Part shown: in pieces, positions 10,426-20,679 of the stretch
How the letters are laid out: the number at the start of each line of letters is the position of its first letter
How positions within the stretch are numbered: position 1 is the stretch's first letter
Source of the DNA: an archaeon
GTDB lineage: Archaea > Asgardarchaeota > Thorarchaeia > Thorarchaeales > Thorarchaeaceae
DNA length: 64,000 nucleotides
Assembly: GCA_024276825.1 (NCBI GenBank)
Contig: JAJRWI010000042.1
Span: 68,463 to 132,462 of the forward strand
Reading direction: 5' to 3'
The notes under the pieces: model-generated
The model's input: only the letters and a program-made list of their open reading frames with translations
Database searches by the model: none
What the model was told of the DNA's origin: nothing
Translations under genes and position numbers: made by a program

Positions 10426-11448
10426 TTGAGCGAACTAGAGAGAATTGACAAGAATGACATGTTGAGCATGACTCAGAATTTTCCAGTTTTAATCGTCAAA
10501 TCTTCCCCTGATTCAGAATTCATCAGTCATGTTCGGGCCATATCCAGAAGAGAACCTGAGGGAGTCTGTCTTATTGGAATGGGAGGAAGTTCCATCGCGG
10601 GAGAAATCTGCAGAGGGCTTTTGTGGAGAGATGCCAAAATGCCCATAATATCCATACGGGACTACTTTGTGCCCCCGTTTATTGATGAACACTGGGCATC
10701 TGTGATAGTGAGTTATTCTGGAAACACAGAGGAAACATTGAGTGCATTTAATGCGGTCAACAAAAGGGGCTCAAGTATCGTGGTTCTCACATCAGGGGGC
10801 AAGCTCGCAGAACTATATACAGGAAAAGCATTACATCTGCTCCCCAGCGGCTTTCAGCCAAGAGCTGCATTGCCAATAATCATCTCGATTGTCTTGCCAA
10901 TTATAGAGATATTACTAGGCATGGACCCAACTGATTTCAAGGCAATAGCGGACCGCCTTCTCAAGGGCACAATACAGTGGGAAGGCATTAATCCAAATGG
11001 AGTTGTAAACAGAATCAAAGGAAAGATTCCCTTATTCATCGGTGCCGAGCATATGATACCGGTGGCATATCGGGCCAAATGCCAAATAAATGAGAATGCC
11101 AAGGCACCTGCATTTTCTTCGGACATTCCTGAGAGTAATCATAACGAGATTGAGGCTGCATTGAAATATTCCGAGCATAATATCATCCCTATCTTTTTAC
11201 GAAGCAACTGGGAGTCTTCAAGGATCAAGAAACGGATGAATGAAACTCGTTCAATATATGAGGAGAAGGACATCCAAACTCTGTCGTTGGGAATAAATTC
11301 AGAGTCCATCATCGAGGAAACCCTTGGGATGATATATAATCTCGATTTAGCTTCAGTCATACTTGCAAAACATTATCAAGCTGATCCATTAGGGGTCCCA
11401 ATGATCTCAGCTCTGAAGAAACGCTTGGCGCACTCCAAGAGTGATTAG
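10426..11448 (+). CDS. Bifunctional phosphoglucose/phosphomannose isomerase (SIS domains)
   Basis: GMGGS, SYSGNTEET, TSGG, PRAA, NENAK and PE.NHN motifs. Confidence 0.92.
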   Translation: MSELERIDKNDMLSMTQNFPVLIVKSSPDSEFISHVRAISRREPEGVCLIGMGGSSIAGEICRGLLWRDAKMPIISIRDYFVPPFIDEHWASVIVSYSGNTEETLSAFNAVNKRGSSIVVLTSGGKLAELYTGKALHLLPSGFQPRAALPIIISIVLPIIEILLGMDPTDFKAIADRLLKGTIQWEGINPNGVVNRIKGKIPLFIGAEHMIPVAYRAKCQINENAKAPAFSSDIPESNHNEIEAALKYSEHNIIPIFLRSNWESSRIKKRMNETRSIYEEKDIQTLSLGINSESIIEETLGMIYNLDLASVILAKHYQADPLGVPMISALKKRLAHSKSD

Positions 11449-11972
11449 TCCATCTTAGGCCATGCAAAGACCAGAATATTCACCGATTCCGCGGTTGAGT
11501 TGAAGAGGTGATAAAAGTAGGTCAGGACAATTCCGAATGTCCAAATGTCATTTGCAGCTGCATCATAGATTATTGCCTTGTCTTCAGCAACAGTAATCGT
11601 GGAGCCGATCGTGAAGTTCTCGTTGTATCCCGGAGTGATTGTCTGTTTGTCCTTGGGTATTGCGAGCCTGAATTCTGTATATGAGAAAGACTCATTGTTA
11701 AGATACACCACAGCTCGAAGATAGGTCAATGTTGCACTGCCTGTTGCCACATCAGGTGCCCTAACATTGAATACCATCTGCAGTGATGGATTGAGGGACA
11801 TGTTCTCATAATTCAAGACACGAACATCAACCAAGTCAATCTGTAGGTCATTGATCATGACATAGCTCCCACTGTAATGGCTCGCATTTGAATAAAGATA
11901 TACGCTGCTTATTGCAGCTATAACTATCATTGCAGCAATGATTATGTTTTGGGGCCTGTCATGTTCAATCAT
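11445..11972 (-). CDS. Hypothetical single-TM protein with beta-rich extracellular domain (LEA_2-like)
   Basis: N-terminal TM followed by beta-strand pattern. Confidence 0.65.
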   Translation of the reverse strand: MIEHDRPQNIIIAAMIVIAAISSVYLYSNASHYSGSYVMINDLQIDLVDVRVLNYENMSLNPSLQMVFNVRAPDVATGSATLTYLRAVVYLNNESFSYTEFRLAIPKDKQTITPGYNENFTIGSTITVAEDKAIIYDAAANDIWTFGIVLTYFYHLFNSTAESVNILVFAWPKMD

Positions 11973-12034
11973 TCATATTCACTATGCTTTGAGATGCTTG
12001 TTTCAAATATCTTCTTTCCGCTTTGCGCAGAAGT

Positions 12035-12901
12035 TCATATACTGAATATTGTCAGAGTGACAATATGAACAATCCAGGGAAATAATGCCATCAGTGCAGG
12101 GAGTGGAATTGAAGGAAGAATCTGATCTTCTTTAACAAACACTGTAATATTGATCACTATTCCGACAAACGCCAAAAGCATCGACATCGCCCACACATAG
12201 ATTGGAAAGAAGATGAATGAGTGAGCCGCAATCAGTGAGAAAGCAACATAGTCGCCAACGCCCACTGCCACAGATTCACTCTGAATACGTGTATAGTCAA
12301 AAGGATCCTCACCGATCCTGCCACTCAAGGATGGCTTCTTCTCTATTACAAGATGTCTTGTGAGAAAATAATCTTCGACAATCAGTGATATCACTAGGAT
12401 AATCATACTCGAAGTTACAATCGTCACTCCCATGAAAACTCCAAATATTGTCCCATAGAAAGCAACAAAGAAGTTCCGAATCACTCGTGGAAAGGCATCT
12501 ATAACAATTAGTGCAATTGCAAGCATTGAAACACCAAGTGAAGCGGTAAGCACAACACCTGCTAATGGGGATGAGGTCCCCTTGAAGAGAATAAGAAGGA
12601 ATGCCTGCCCCATAAAGATGGACACAAAGAATAGTATGGGAGAGATCATCAGCGACACCATGATCTTCTTTGCACCCCGCCCCTGTCGATTGAGCACCCA
12701 GAAAAGGGAGAAGATGACAAGAGAACCAAGAATTGTTGATACTGTTGCTTGAATGAGCAGTTCAAGAGGAGAGTAATTTGGTGCATTTCTTACAATGAGC
12801 CCAATCAGAGATGAGTTCAGAATAGACGCAGCAATTAGCGAGGCAATTACAAAGGGAGTCGCAGATATCGTGATAAGTAGCAATCGAGTTCTCTCAGCCA
12901 T
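12035..12901 (-). CDS. Presenilin/SPP-like GxGD intramembrane aspartyl protease
   Basis: About 9 TM; Asp in 'LIVEDY', 'GVGDYVAFS', PAL-like 'LPSIPLPAL'. Confidence 0.72.
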   Translation of the reverse strand: MAERTRLLLITISATPFVIASLIAASILNSSLIGLIVRNAPNYSPLELLIQATVSTILGSLVIFSLFWVLNRQGRGAKKIMVSLMISPILFFVSIFMGQAFLLILFKGTSSPLAGVVLTASLGVSMLAIALIVIDAFPRVIRNFFVAFYGTIFGVFMGVTIVTSSMIILVISLIVEDYFLTRHLVIEKKPSLSGRIGEDPFDYTRIQSESVAVGVGDYVAFSLIAAHSFIFFPIYVWAMSMLLAFVGIVINITVFVKEDQILPSIPLPALMALFPWIVHIVTLTIFSI

Positions 12902-12991
12902 TATTATCAGAATCTACTCATAGTTTGAGTATTAAGAGTATGAGATATGCGCAATAGAATAAAAATCGCCCATCTTTAAAAAATAGAAAAT

Positions 12992-13009
12992 AGGGGACTT
13001 CAGTCCCCT
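12992..13009 (-). terminator. Intrinsic terminator-like hairpin downstream of oppA
   Basis: AGGGGACT-TC-AGTCCCCT followed by T-runs on the minus strand. Confidence 0.7.
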
Positions 13010-13023
13010 TAAACTGTACTGGA

Positions 13024-14856
13024 CTACTTCTGCCTCATTAGGACATATCCACCAACAAGAATCACAACTGCTGCTGCAACTGCACCTGCAACAATGGCCA
13101 TGGTGAAGTCGCCACCAGTGGTTGGTGTGGTTGTGGTCTGCTGATAGGCGGATCTGTCAAGACCGTAGAAGTAGTTCGGGTTGTAGGTCAGCTCGACGAA
13201 CTCACCAGCGACGTACGCAGACACATTAAATGGTCCAGAAGTGACCATCTCCTCAGCAGGTGGGTTGGGGTTCCAGGTATTCCAGCCATCAAGGCCAACT
13301 TCCTGGAAGACATGCTTTGGAATGATAGTCTTGTAGCCAATGGTGTGAAGGTGCCAGTATGACTCGGTGCTAAACTCAACCACTACTGTGTAGTCGGTTG
13401 GAGCATATGCAGCGGTCATCTCTGATAGGTCAACACCATACGGGTTACCCGGTGCATCGCGGTAGTAGTTCAGCGTGAACGCGACATCCTCAGCAGTGAT
13501 TGGCGTTCCATCTGTCCACGTCGCATTTTGTATCATATTGAACGTGAACCGCGTATGGCCCTCAGGCACTGCGGGATTGTCAGCATGCGTTTCTGCCGTA
13601 TATGACTCTGCAAGCCAGAATATGTCCTTGCCAAGGTGATCGGTGCCAATAAGGCTATCATACATCTCACCCAGCACATTCATGGTGTATGCTGAAGAGC
13701 TAACCATGAAATTGAAGGTGTCAAGGTCCAATGGGTTGCTCCAAATGAAGGTACCACCGAATGGACCACCCTGATCAGCCTTGAGGTGAACCTTCTGATT
13801 TGTCCACCAGCCAGGGATACCGTCGCTTACGTCAGCAACATGACCCTCGAACTTGTCGGTCCTGTAGGCAGATAGCAGAATGTTTTCATAACAGATGATC
13901 ATTGGTGACTCGTAGACCCAGATCTTCTGCATCTCTATAGCTGCCTCGTACACCTCATCGTAATCGGTGGAGTGAAGCAGCTGGTCTCTCCATGAGTCAT
14001 ATGTGGCATTTCTGAAGTTGGGGAAGTTCCAGTATGGCTCGTCTGCGTACTCTGACCAGAACTCATAAGCCAGCCAATCAACATCGAAAGAGTTGAAGGA
14101 TGAACCAAGGAAGACTATGTCGTAGTCTCCGTGGAAGTAGAGTCTGTTCAGATACTCATAGAAGTCTGTAGGTTGGGATGTGGCATCAATACTAAGGTCC
14201 TGAAGTGCCTCGGCAACAATGGTACCGACCTCAATAGCAATGTTTGAGGATGATGCACACTCAACCAGTACATCAAAGTCTGAGCCATCAGGAGCCTCAC
14301 GGAACCCGTCAGCATCGACATCAGCAAAGCCAGCTGCATCTAGAAGCTGGTTACCTAGTTCGACGTTTGCCTCATAGTAGTGATATGGGAGTTGCTCCTC
14401 AACTGACCATGGATTCAATGCAGGAACTACTGAGTCCTGTGGTTGTGAGAGCCCATCCCACACATCATCTGAGATAGCCTCCTTGTCAAGAGCAAAAGCC
14501 AGTGCTCTGCGGAAGGCTGTGATGTTGAATGGATACTTAGCACAGTTGATTGTGATATAACCGTATCCGTTTCTCAGAGTGTGGGCAACTTCAATGTTTT
14601 CTGCCGCATCTAATGCTGGCAGAAAGCTTGGATCGATCATGTCACCAATGACATCGATCTCACCGTTCTGAAGAGCGTTGACTTGCTGGTCGTCTTGCGT
14701 AATTACTTTGAACACAAGCTTGTCAATGTACGGACCTGATTTGTAAAAGCCCGGTACAGTTGCCTGTGCTGCTCCAAACATGGGCGAAAGTGCCATGAAT
14801 GTGAACGCAAAGACAAGTGACGCAGCAAGAACTCTCTTGGCACGACTGCTTGCCAT
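13024..14856 (-). CDS. oppA: Peptide ABC transporter substrate-binding protein (family 5), circularly permuted, C-terminal TM anchor
   Basis: Signal peptide; FRRALAFALD, WTDGTPITAEDVAFT and SGPF...NPNY motifs; Thr linker plus TM. Confidence 0.9.
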   Translation of the reverse strand: MASSRAKRVLAASLVFAFTFMALSPMFGAAQATVPGFYKSGPYIDKLVFKVITQDDQQVNALQNGEIDVIGDMIDPSFLPALDAAENIEVAHTLRNGYGYITINCAKYPFNITAFRRALAFALDKEAISDDVWDGLSQPQDSVVPALNPWSVEEQLPYHYYEANVELGNQLLDAAGFADVDADGFREAPDGSDFDVLVECASSSNIAIEVGTIVAEALQDLSIDATSQPTDFYEYLNRLYFHGDYDIVFLGSSFNSFDVDWLAYEFWSEYADEPYWNFPNFRNATYDSWRDQLLHSTDYDEVYEAAIEMQKIWVYESPMIICYENILLSAYRTDKFEGHVADVSDGIPGWWTNQKVHLKADQGGPFGGTFIWSNPLDLDTFNFMVSSSAYTMNVLGEMYDSLIGTDHLGKDIFWLAESYTAETHADNPAVPEGHTRFTFNMIQNATWTDGTPITAEDVAFTLNYYRDAPGNPYGVDLSEMTAAYAPTDYTVVVEFSTESYWHLHTIGYKTIIPKHVFQEVGLDGWNTWNPNPPAEEMVTSGPFNVSAYVAGEFVELTYNPNYFYGLDRSAYQQTTTTPTTGGDFTMAIVAGAVAAAVVILVGGYVLMRQK

Positions 14857-15219
14857 TATTCTCTCTATCTCCTTTTCCGAGTCGAATCGGATGATATTCG
14901 TCTAACGATTGACAATAAAAGCCTTGTGTTGGACTTGGGAACACATTGAGCTTGAAAATGAACATGAAAAACACACTGGCCGCACTAGTCTTAGCGCACA
15001 AGAGTTTCAGAAGTTCACAGACATAATAAAAGAAAGACAACTGGCAGTCCAATAATGATCAGTGCCAAGAGGACTACGACTGTAAAATCGCAATATCGTG
15101 GCCATTCATGAATAAAATGAACAGTCATCCAAGTTGTATTCAACAATATGCATTTGAAATAACTAATAACAGCCACGCCCAAAAAATAGAAGTGAAGAAA
15201 GGCACTTCCGCCCTTCTGT

Positions 15220-16794
15220 CTATCGTTCTCTAAGGCGTGGATTGAGAACTTGATCCAGCGTGTGTCCCACAAATGTGAATGCCAGTGATAAGATTGTAAT
15301 CATTAATCCAGGAAACACAACAACCCACCAGGCACCATTGTAGAATCCTCCCGAGCCCTGAGCATCAGCCAGCATTCGTCCCCAACTGGGCTGTGAGGGA
15401 TCTGTCAATCCAAGGAATGCGAGACCGGATTCGGATAAAATGGCACCAACCACACCAAGGGTAATATCTGCGAATAGGATAGGCGTCACGTTGGGGAATA
15501 TGTGGCGATACATTATGTAAGTGTCAGAAGCACCAATTGCCCGTGCCGATTCAACATAGGCCTTGTTCTTCTCTGCCATCACCTGAGATCGCACTATCCG
15601 CGACGTCCCAGTCCATCCCAATATTGATATCACTATAATGATGTTCTCAATTGACGGCCCAAGAAACGCCGCCAAGACCATCATAAGTGGTAGCCCTGGA
15701 ATGACCAGCAGAAAGTCAACAGTTCGCATGAGAATCTCATCAATACGGCCGCCAAAGTATCCTGCAGCCATTCCAACTACTACGCCAACAATTGTGGATA
15801 GGAGGGTTGCAAGGATTCCAATAGTTAGAGATACTCTGGAGCCATAGACGAGTTGACTCCATGCATCAGCGCCCTTGTCAGTAGTGCCAAGGAGCCCAAA
15901 ATACTCGCCATAAGCAATCAGACTGATTTCAGTGACTTGAACAGTCACAGAGCCGTTATAATATTGCCATGGATGATCTCCAAGAAAGTCATCAAAGTTC
16001 TTTGTTGGTGCAAGGCCAACAGCAACAGTCAGTGTATCATTAGGATCTTCTTGAGTCCCATCCTTGCCAATGACCATCCCACCCCAGCCAGCAGCAATGT
16101 CAAAATAGCTCAGGTCAATTCGTCGGTCTTGCAGGGTGGGTGTGTATGGCGATGATGAATGGTATACCTGATGCCAGTTGCCAGATGAGTCTATCAACCA
16201 GATATAGACTCTGAACATGATTCCGCCAAGCTCTTGAGTCTTGAAATCGCCAGTTAGCGTGACTCCATATTCAAGCGTCATGTTGACATCACTGGGAATT
16301 CTTTCGAATGGCCAGTCAAAACTCTGGGTGAAGTAGATGAAGCTACTAGAATCAGGCATCTGTTTCTCTGGGTCAACATCAATTGAAACGCCACTGCCAG
16401 CGGCATAGTTCCAAGTTAGGTTAACATAAGATTGCGTGAAGTTCTCTTCACTTGCATGATGCGTTGCACTAAACTGGTCTGCATAGGGGCCCACCTTGGT
16501 GAATGAGGGAGCTTCTACAAGAAATGGATCGGGGATATATTCACCAGTCACAACTCCATTTGGGTCAAAAAATGACATCCAGCTGGGAGCAAGGAAGTTA
16601 GGTGCGACCTTATTTGTTGGACTAGGATCATGAGTTGCCAATTGAGGAGCAGCAATGGCCATCCCAGTAAAGAGGATGAGAATCAAAAGGCCAAGGATAC
16701 CAATTTTATGTCGCTTGTATTCATTCCAGAAGTCTTTGAATCCAATGTACAGGTTTGAGTCTTTCCAACTCTTTGATTGTTCGGGATTTGCCAA
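15220..16794 (-). CDS. oppC: Peptide ABC permease OppC/DppC with large extracellular insertion (paralog 2)
   Basis: LGT..G.D, G.R.SL, EAA loop 'YVESARAIGAS', SWG.ML. Confidence 0.92.
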   Translation of the reverse strand: MANPEQSKSWKDSNLYIGFKDFWNEYKRHKIGILGLLILILFTGMAIAAPQLATHDPSPTNKVAPNFLAPSWMSFFDPNGVVTGEYIPDPFLVEAPSFTKVGPYADQFSATHHASEENFTQSYVNLTWNYAAGSGVSIDVDPEKQMPDSSSFIYFTQSFDWPFERIPSDVNMTLEYGVTLTGDFKTQELGGIMFRVYIWLIDSSGNWHQVYHSSSPYTPTLQDRRIDLSYFDIAAGWGGMVIGKDGTQEDPNDTLTVAVGLAPTKNFDDFLGDHPWQYYNGSVTVQVTEISLIAYGEYFGLLGTTDKGADAWSQLVYGSRVSLTIGILATLLSTIVGVVVGMAAGYFGGRIDEILMRTVDFLLVIPGLPLMMVLAAFLGPSIENIIIVISILGWTGTSRIVRSQVMAEKNKAYVESARAIGASDTYIMYRHIFPNVTPILFADITLGVVGAILSESGLAFLGLTDPSQPSWGRMLADAQGSGGFYNGAWWVVVFPGLMITILSLAFTFVGHTLDQVLNPRLRER

Positions 16795-16983
16795 TTTCTA
16801 CACCTCAAATTGAATGTTTCAAATCACATCAGGGTTCTGACCCAGTTCCCCGATTGGATGAAGTCGGGCTTCTCAAGTAACTTATGAAGATTACCATTCA
16901 AGAAAAACATCGGAGTTTTTCGAAGCGTTTCAATCATGATTGATTGATATTAATATGAGGGAGTTCTTAAAAAAAAATAGAAG

Positions 16984-17008
16984 TCTAAGGGATATCGAAT
17001 CCCTTAGA
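16984..17008 (-). terminator. Terminator-like hairpin downstream of oppB
   Basis: TCTAAGGGAT-ATCGA-ATCCCTTAGA with T9 downstream on the minus strand. Confidence 0.7.
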
Positions 17009-17023
17009 TGGTTTCAGATAGTA

Positions 17024-18073
17024 TCACCCGTATTTGATACGTGGGTCAAGGACACCATATAGTAGGTCTGCAATGAAGTTCGCAAGAATAGCTGTGATTG
17101 CAATTATCATGAAGATGGCCTGCACCACAGGATAATCGAGAATAATCAAGCTGTCAAATATATATCGTCCAAGTCCGTACCACGTAAACACGGTCTCTGT
17201 CAGTGTTGCACCATTAATGATGAATCCAAATGTCATGGCAATGATTGTCACCATTGGCAGCATAGCATTCTTCAAGCCATGCTTGTAAAGCACTTGGTTC
17301 TCATCAAGTCCCTTGGCCCTTGCTGTCAGAATGTAGTCCTCTGTCATGACATCTATCAAGTTGTTTCGCATGTAAAGGAAGTATCCTCCATAACCACCAA
17401 CGCCGAGAGTGATCATAGGCAGAAACAGATGGTGGAGGATGTCTGCAGCCGCAATCAGGCCTCCAAGTGGATTGTTAGTGACCAGAGCAAAGTTGTCATA
17501 GTTAATAGTGCCAAACAGCGGGAAGCTGATCAGGCCATTGGTTAATGCGGGCAGATAGAATGCGAATATCATCAGAAGCATCATTCCCAGCCAGAATATG
17601 GGTAATGAATAGATGAACAGCGCAAGCGTGACCGCACCGACATCTTTTCGAGACCCCGGTTCAGCCGCCACTCTGACCCCAGTCCAGATACCAATGATGA
17701 TAGCAACAATTGAAGATGTGCCCATCAGCAAGAGCGTGTTTGGCAGGCGCTCCATGATCTCGTCGATTACTGGCTTCTGAGTCACAAATGAGATTCCAAA
17801 GTTGCCAGTGAACATATTCACGATATATCGCCAGAACATGTATATCCAATCAAAAATGTCAGGCTCGGGCACCAGACCAAAACGCAAGTATAATTGCTCA
17901 AGAGCATCCCTTGTCAGGTTTCTTCTAAGCTCCTCACTAATCATCAGGTCAACTGGACTAACGCCGAGTATTAGGGTTGGAAGTCTGAAAAGGAAGAAGT
18001 TGAAACAGACAACGGCAACCACAAGCAAGAACATATAGATGACTCGCCTGATAACGTACTCACGTAGTCCCAT
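17024..18073 (-). CDS. oppB: Peptide ABC permease OppB/DppB
   Basis: GNFGISF, RLPNTLLL, DYILTARAKG, DYPVVQ and LDPRI motifs. Confidence 0.95.
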   Translation of the reverse strand: MGLREYVIRRVIYMFLLVVAVVCFNFFLFRLPTLILGVSPVDLMISEELRRNLTRDALEQLYLRFGLVPEPDIFDWIYMFWRYIVNMFTGNFGISFVTQKPVIDEIMERLPNTLLLMGTSSIVAIIIGIWTGVRVAAEPGSRKDVGAVTLALFIYSLPIFWLGMMLLMIFAFYLPALTNGLISFPLFGTINYDNFALVTNNPLGGLIAAADILHHLFLPMITLGVGGYGGYFLYMRNNLIDVMTEDYILTARAKGLDENQVLYKHGLKNAMLPMVTIIAMTFGFIINGATLTETVFTWYGLGRYIFDSLIILDYPVVQAIFMIIAITAILANFIADLLYGVLDPRIKYG

Positions 18074-18293
18074 TTTTTTTCACCTAGCAGTTAATTGTCG
18101 ATAATACATAGTCACACTAAGTATTGTTACACAGGGTTGATTGTTTTTATCTGGTTAATAAGATTGTTGTTCAAGGAGACTTAAACGAAAAATCGCAATC
18201 TTCAGAACTACTTCATGACCCATTAAAACTGGCCATTACTTTTCATGATCATCTATATTGAAGTCCCAAATTAAAAAAAAAGTGATGACCATG

Positions 18294-18334
18294 TAATCAG
18301 CCCCTGGCCATGAACAAGGCCATGGAGCTGATTA
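18294..18334 (-). terminator. Imperfect hairpin downstream of oppC paralog 1
   Basis: TAATCAGC...TGGCC...GGCCA...GCTGATTA; T9 lies further downstream on the minus strand. Confidence 0.5.
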
Positions 18335-18349
18335 AGGAGGTCAATTGAT

Positions 18350-19936
18350 TTATCGTTCTCTAAGACGTGGATTAAGAACTTGGTCTAATGTGTGTCCCAC
18401 AAATGTGAAAGCTAATGACAGTAGTGTGATCATCAATCCTGGAAAGACGACGACCCACCATGCTCCATTGTAGAACCCGCCAGTGCCCTGTGCATCTGCT
18501 AGCATTCGTCCCCAACTGGGCTGAGAGGGGTCTGTCAATCCAAGGAATGCCAGACCGGATTCCGAGAGGATTGCACCAACCACACCAAGCGTGATGTTAG
18601 CAAACAGAATGGGGGTCACATTTGGAAGCACGTGTCTCAAGATGATGTAAGTGTCAGAGGCTCCGATGGCCCGTGCCGATTCAACATAGGCCTTGTTTTT
18701 CTCAGCCATGACTTGGGACCGTACAATACGTGATGTCCCCGTCCACCCCAGTATCGCAATGACGACAATGATATTCTCAACCGACGGACCCAGAAACGCC
18801 GCCAAGACCATCATAAGCGGTAGTCCTGGAATGACAAGCAGAAAGTCAACAAGACGCATTAATATCTCATCAGTACGGCCGCCAAAGTATCCTGCCACAA
18901 GTCCCACAATGACACCCACAATAGTTGAGAGTGCTGTTGCAAGAATGCCAATATAAAGAGAAATTCGTGAGCCATAAACGAGCTGGCTCCATGCATCTGC
19001 ACCCTTGTCGGTAGTGCCTAGGATGCCAAAGTATTCACCATAAGCAATAAGACTGACTTCAGTGACCTGCACTGTCACAGAGCCAGTGTAAAAGTCTTCA
19101 GGGTGCGTATTGAGGTAGTTTCTGAAGTATCGGGTTGGAGCTAGACCGACAGCAACAGTCAGAGTGTCATCTGGGTCTTCTTGCACTCCATTCTCATCTT
19201 GGACCATTCCGCCAAACGCTTCGTTAACATCAAAGTAGTTAAGGTCGATTCGTCGGTCTTGCAAAGTTGGTGTGTAGGGCGCAGATGACTGATAGACTCT
19301 CCTCCAATTTCCTGAGGAGTCAATCAGCCACATGTAGACCCTGAACATGATGCCTCCTGCTTCTTGTGTTGCAAAGTCGCCAGTGAGTGTGACTCCATAT
19401 TCAAGTGTCATGTTGACATCGCTTGGGATATTATTGAAAGGCCATGTGAAGTTTCGTGTGAAATAGACAAAGTCCAGAGAATCGGGCAGGTTGCCTTCTA
19501 TATCATATGGTGTTCGCCAGTACATGGGCTCTGCATTATGAGTCCATGTGAGATTAACATAATTTCGCTCTCCTGCTTCTTCAGCAACAAAGTGCGAATA
19601 GCTAAATTCATCTTTGTTAGGGCCTTGAGTCACAAAGTTCGGTTCTTCATATAGGAATGGATCGGGATAATACTCATTTGTTATCACGCCCTGCGGGTCG
19701 AAGAATGCCATCCATTGCGGGGCTAAGAAATGGGGCGCAACTTTTGCAGTTGGGGAAGGATCATGGGTTGCTAGGAAGGGTGCTCCAATAGCCATTCCAA
19801 TATATAGCCCAAGAATCGCAAGTCCCAGAATACCGATTTTATGCTTTCTGTATTCATGCCAGAATCCGGACAGACTGACATACAAGTTACTGTCTTTCCA
19901 TCCACCTGTTTTCTTATCACTTTCATATTGGGACAA
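18350..19936 (-). CDS. oppC: Peptide ABC permease OppC/DppC with large extracellular insertion (paralog 1)
   Basis: Same motifs as 15220..16794; near-identical C-terminal half. Confidence 0.92.
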   Translation of the reverse strand: MSQYESDKKTGGWKDSNLYVSLSGFWHEYRKHKIGILGLAILGLYIGMAIGAPFLATHDPSPTAKVAPHFLAPQWMAFFDPQGVITNEYYPDPFLYEEPNFVTQGPNKDEFSYSHFVAEEAGERNYVNLTWTHNAEPMYWRTPYDIEGNLPDSLDFVYFTRNFTWPFNNIPSDVNMTLEYGVTLTGDFATQEAGGIMFRVYMWLIDSSGNWRRVYQSSAPYTPTLQDRRIDLNYFDVNEAFGGMVQDENGVQEDPDDTLTVAVGLAPTRYFRNYLNTHPEDFYTGSVTVQVTEVSLIAYGEYFGILGTTDKGADAWSQLVYGSRISLYIGILATALSTIVGVIVGLVAGYFGGRTDEILMRLVDFLLVIPGLPLMMVLAAFLGPSVENIIVVIAILGWTGTSRIVRSQVMAEKNKAYVESARAIGASDTYIILRHVLPNVTPILFANITLGVVGAILSESGLAFLGLTDPSQPSWGRMLADAQGTGGFYNGAWWVVVFPGLMITLLSLAFTFVGHTLDQVLNPRLRER

Positions 19937-20095
19937 TCAATAACCTCCTTATATTTCAGGACCGAAGTCTATGAAATTCTGTGGTCATCTACTTGTTCAA
20001 ACCGACCAATGTCCGTTAAAAAGCTCTCTATTTGAGAATATATAATTCGCCTAGTGCGCATATTATTGAAAGTCATTTAATCTTTAAAGGAAATA

Positions 20096-20416
20096 TTATT
20101 GTTCATTATCAGTGAGGGTGTCGACAAATGGATCCTCGATTGAGTCTCCTGGCACCTCAGAGGGTTTCTCGCGCATTCGTTCTTCTCGCGCCTTGATTAT
20201 CTCCTTTGTCCTCCTACTAGCAGCCCAGAGATCTGCAAATACTACACCAACAAGAAACACTGTCAGTGCTCCAGCAAGAGAGATAATTGTCCCAATGAAT
20301 CGCAAGGAGTCATTCAGTAGTGCAAGCCCATAACCCCCAAAGATTAAGATAAATGGGATGAGAAGAATCCGTTTGCGGGGTTCCTTACGAGTTTCAGGGA
20401 ATGCACGAACTGTCAT
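20096..20416 (-). CDS. Small 2-TM hypothetical protein
   Basis: Two hydrophobic helices and a charged tail. Confidence 0.6.
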   Translation of the reverse strand: MTVRAFPETRKEPRKRILLIPFILIFGGYGLALLNDSLRFIGTIISLAGALTVFLVGVVFADLWAASRRTKEIIKAREERMREKPSEVPGDSIEDPFVDTLTDNEQ

Positions 20417-20679
20417 TTCTAATCAAATATATGACGAATTAGTTCCTTTTACCGTTTTCGAATAGGGAAGACAACAAACTGGTTTTATAGAGATATTGTA
20501 ATTATTCAATAAATATTACAGGATGATAAGGAATAGGTTTAATGTTTTCTAATTTGTGGCCCAAAACTCTTAGAAAGCAACATATATATGGGCGGCACAG
20601 AACCCCCCACACATTAATGGGATATAGAATTTCATAATAATCCCGTGATAATAATCATATTCCATATGGAGCGAGAAGA

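Noticed and set aside
14857-15219. Possible riboswitch/leader upstream of oppA, and ORFs 14723..15052 and 15015..15272
   Set aside because: Only a small hairpin and no recognisable aptamer; the ORFs overlap real genes and lack protein-like features
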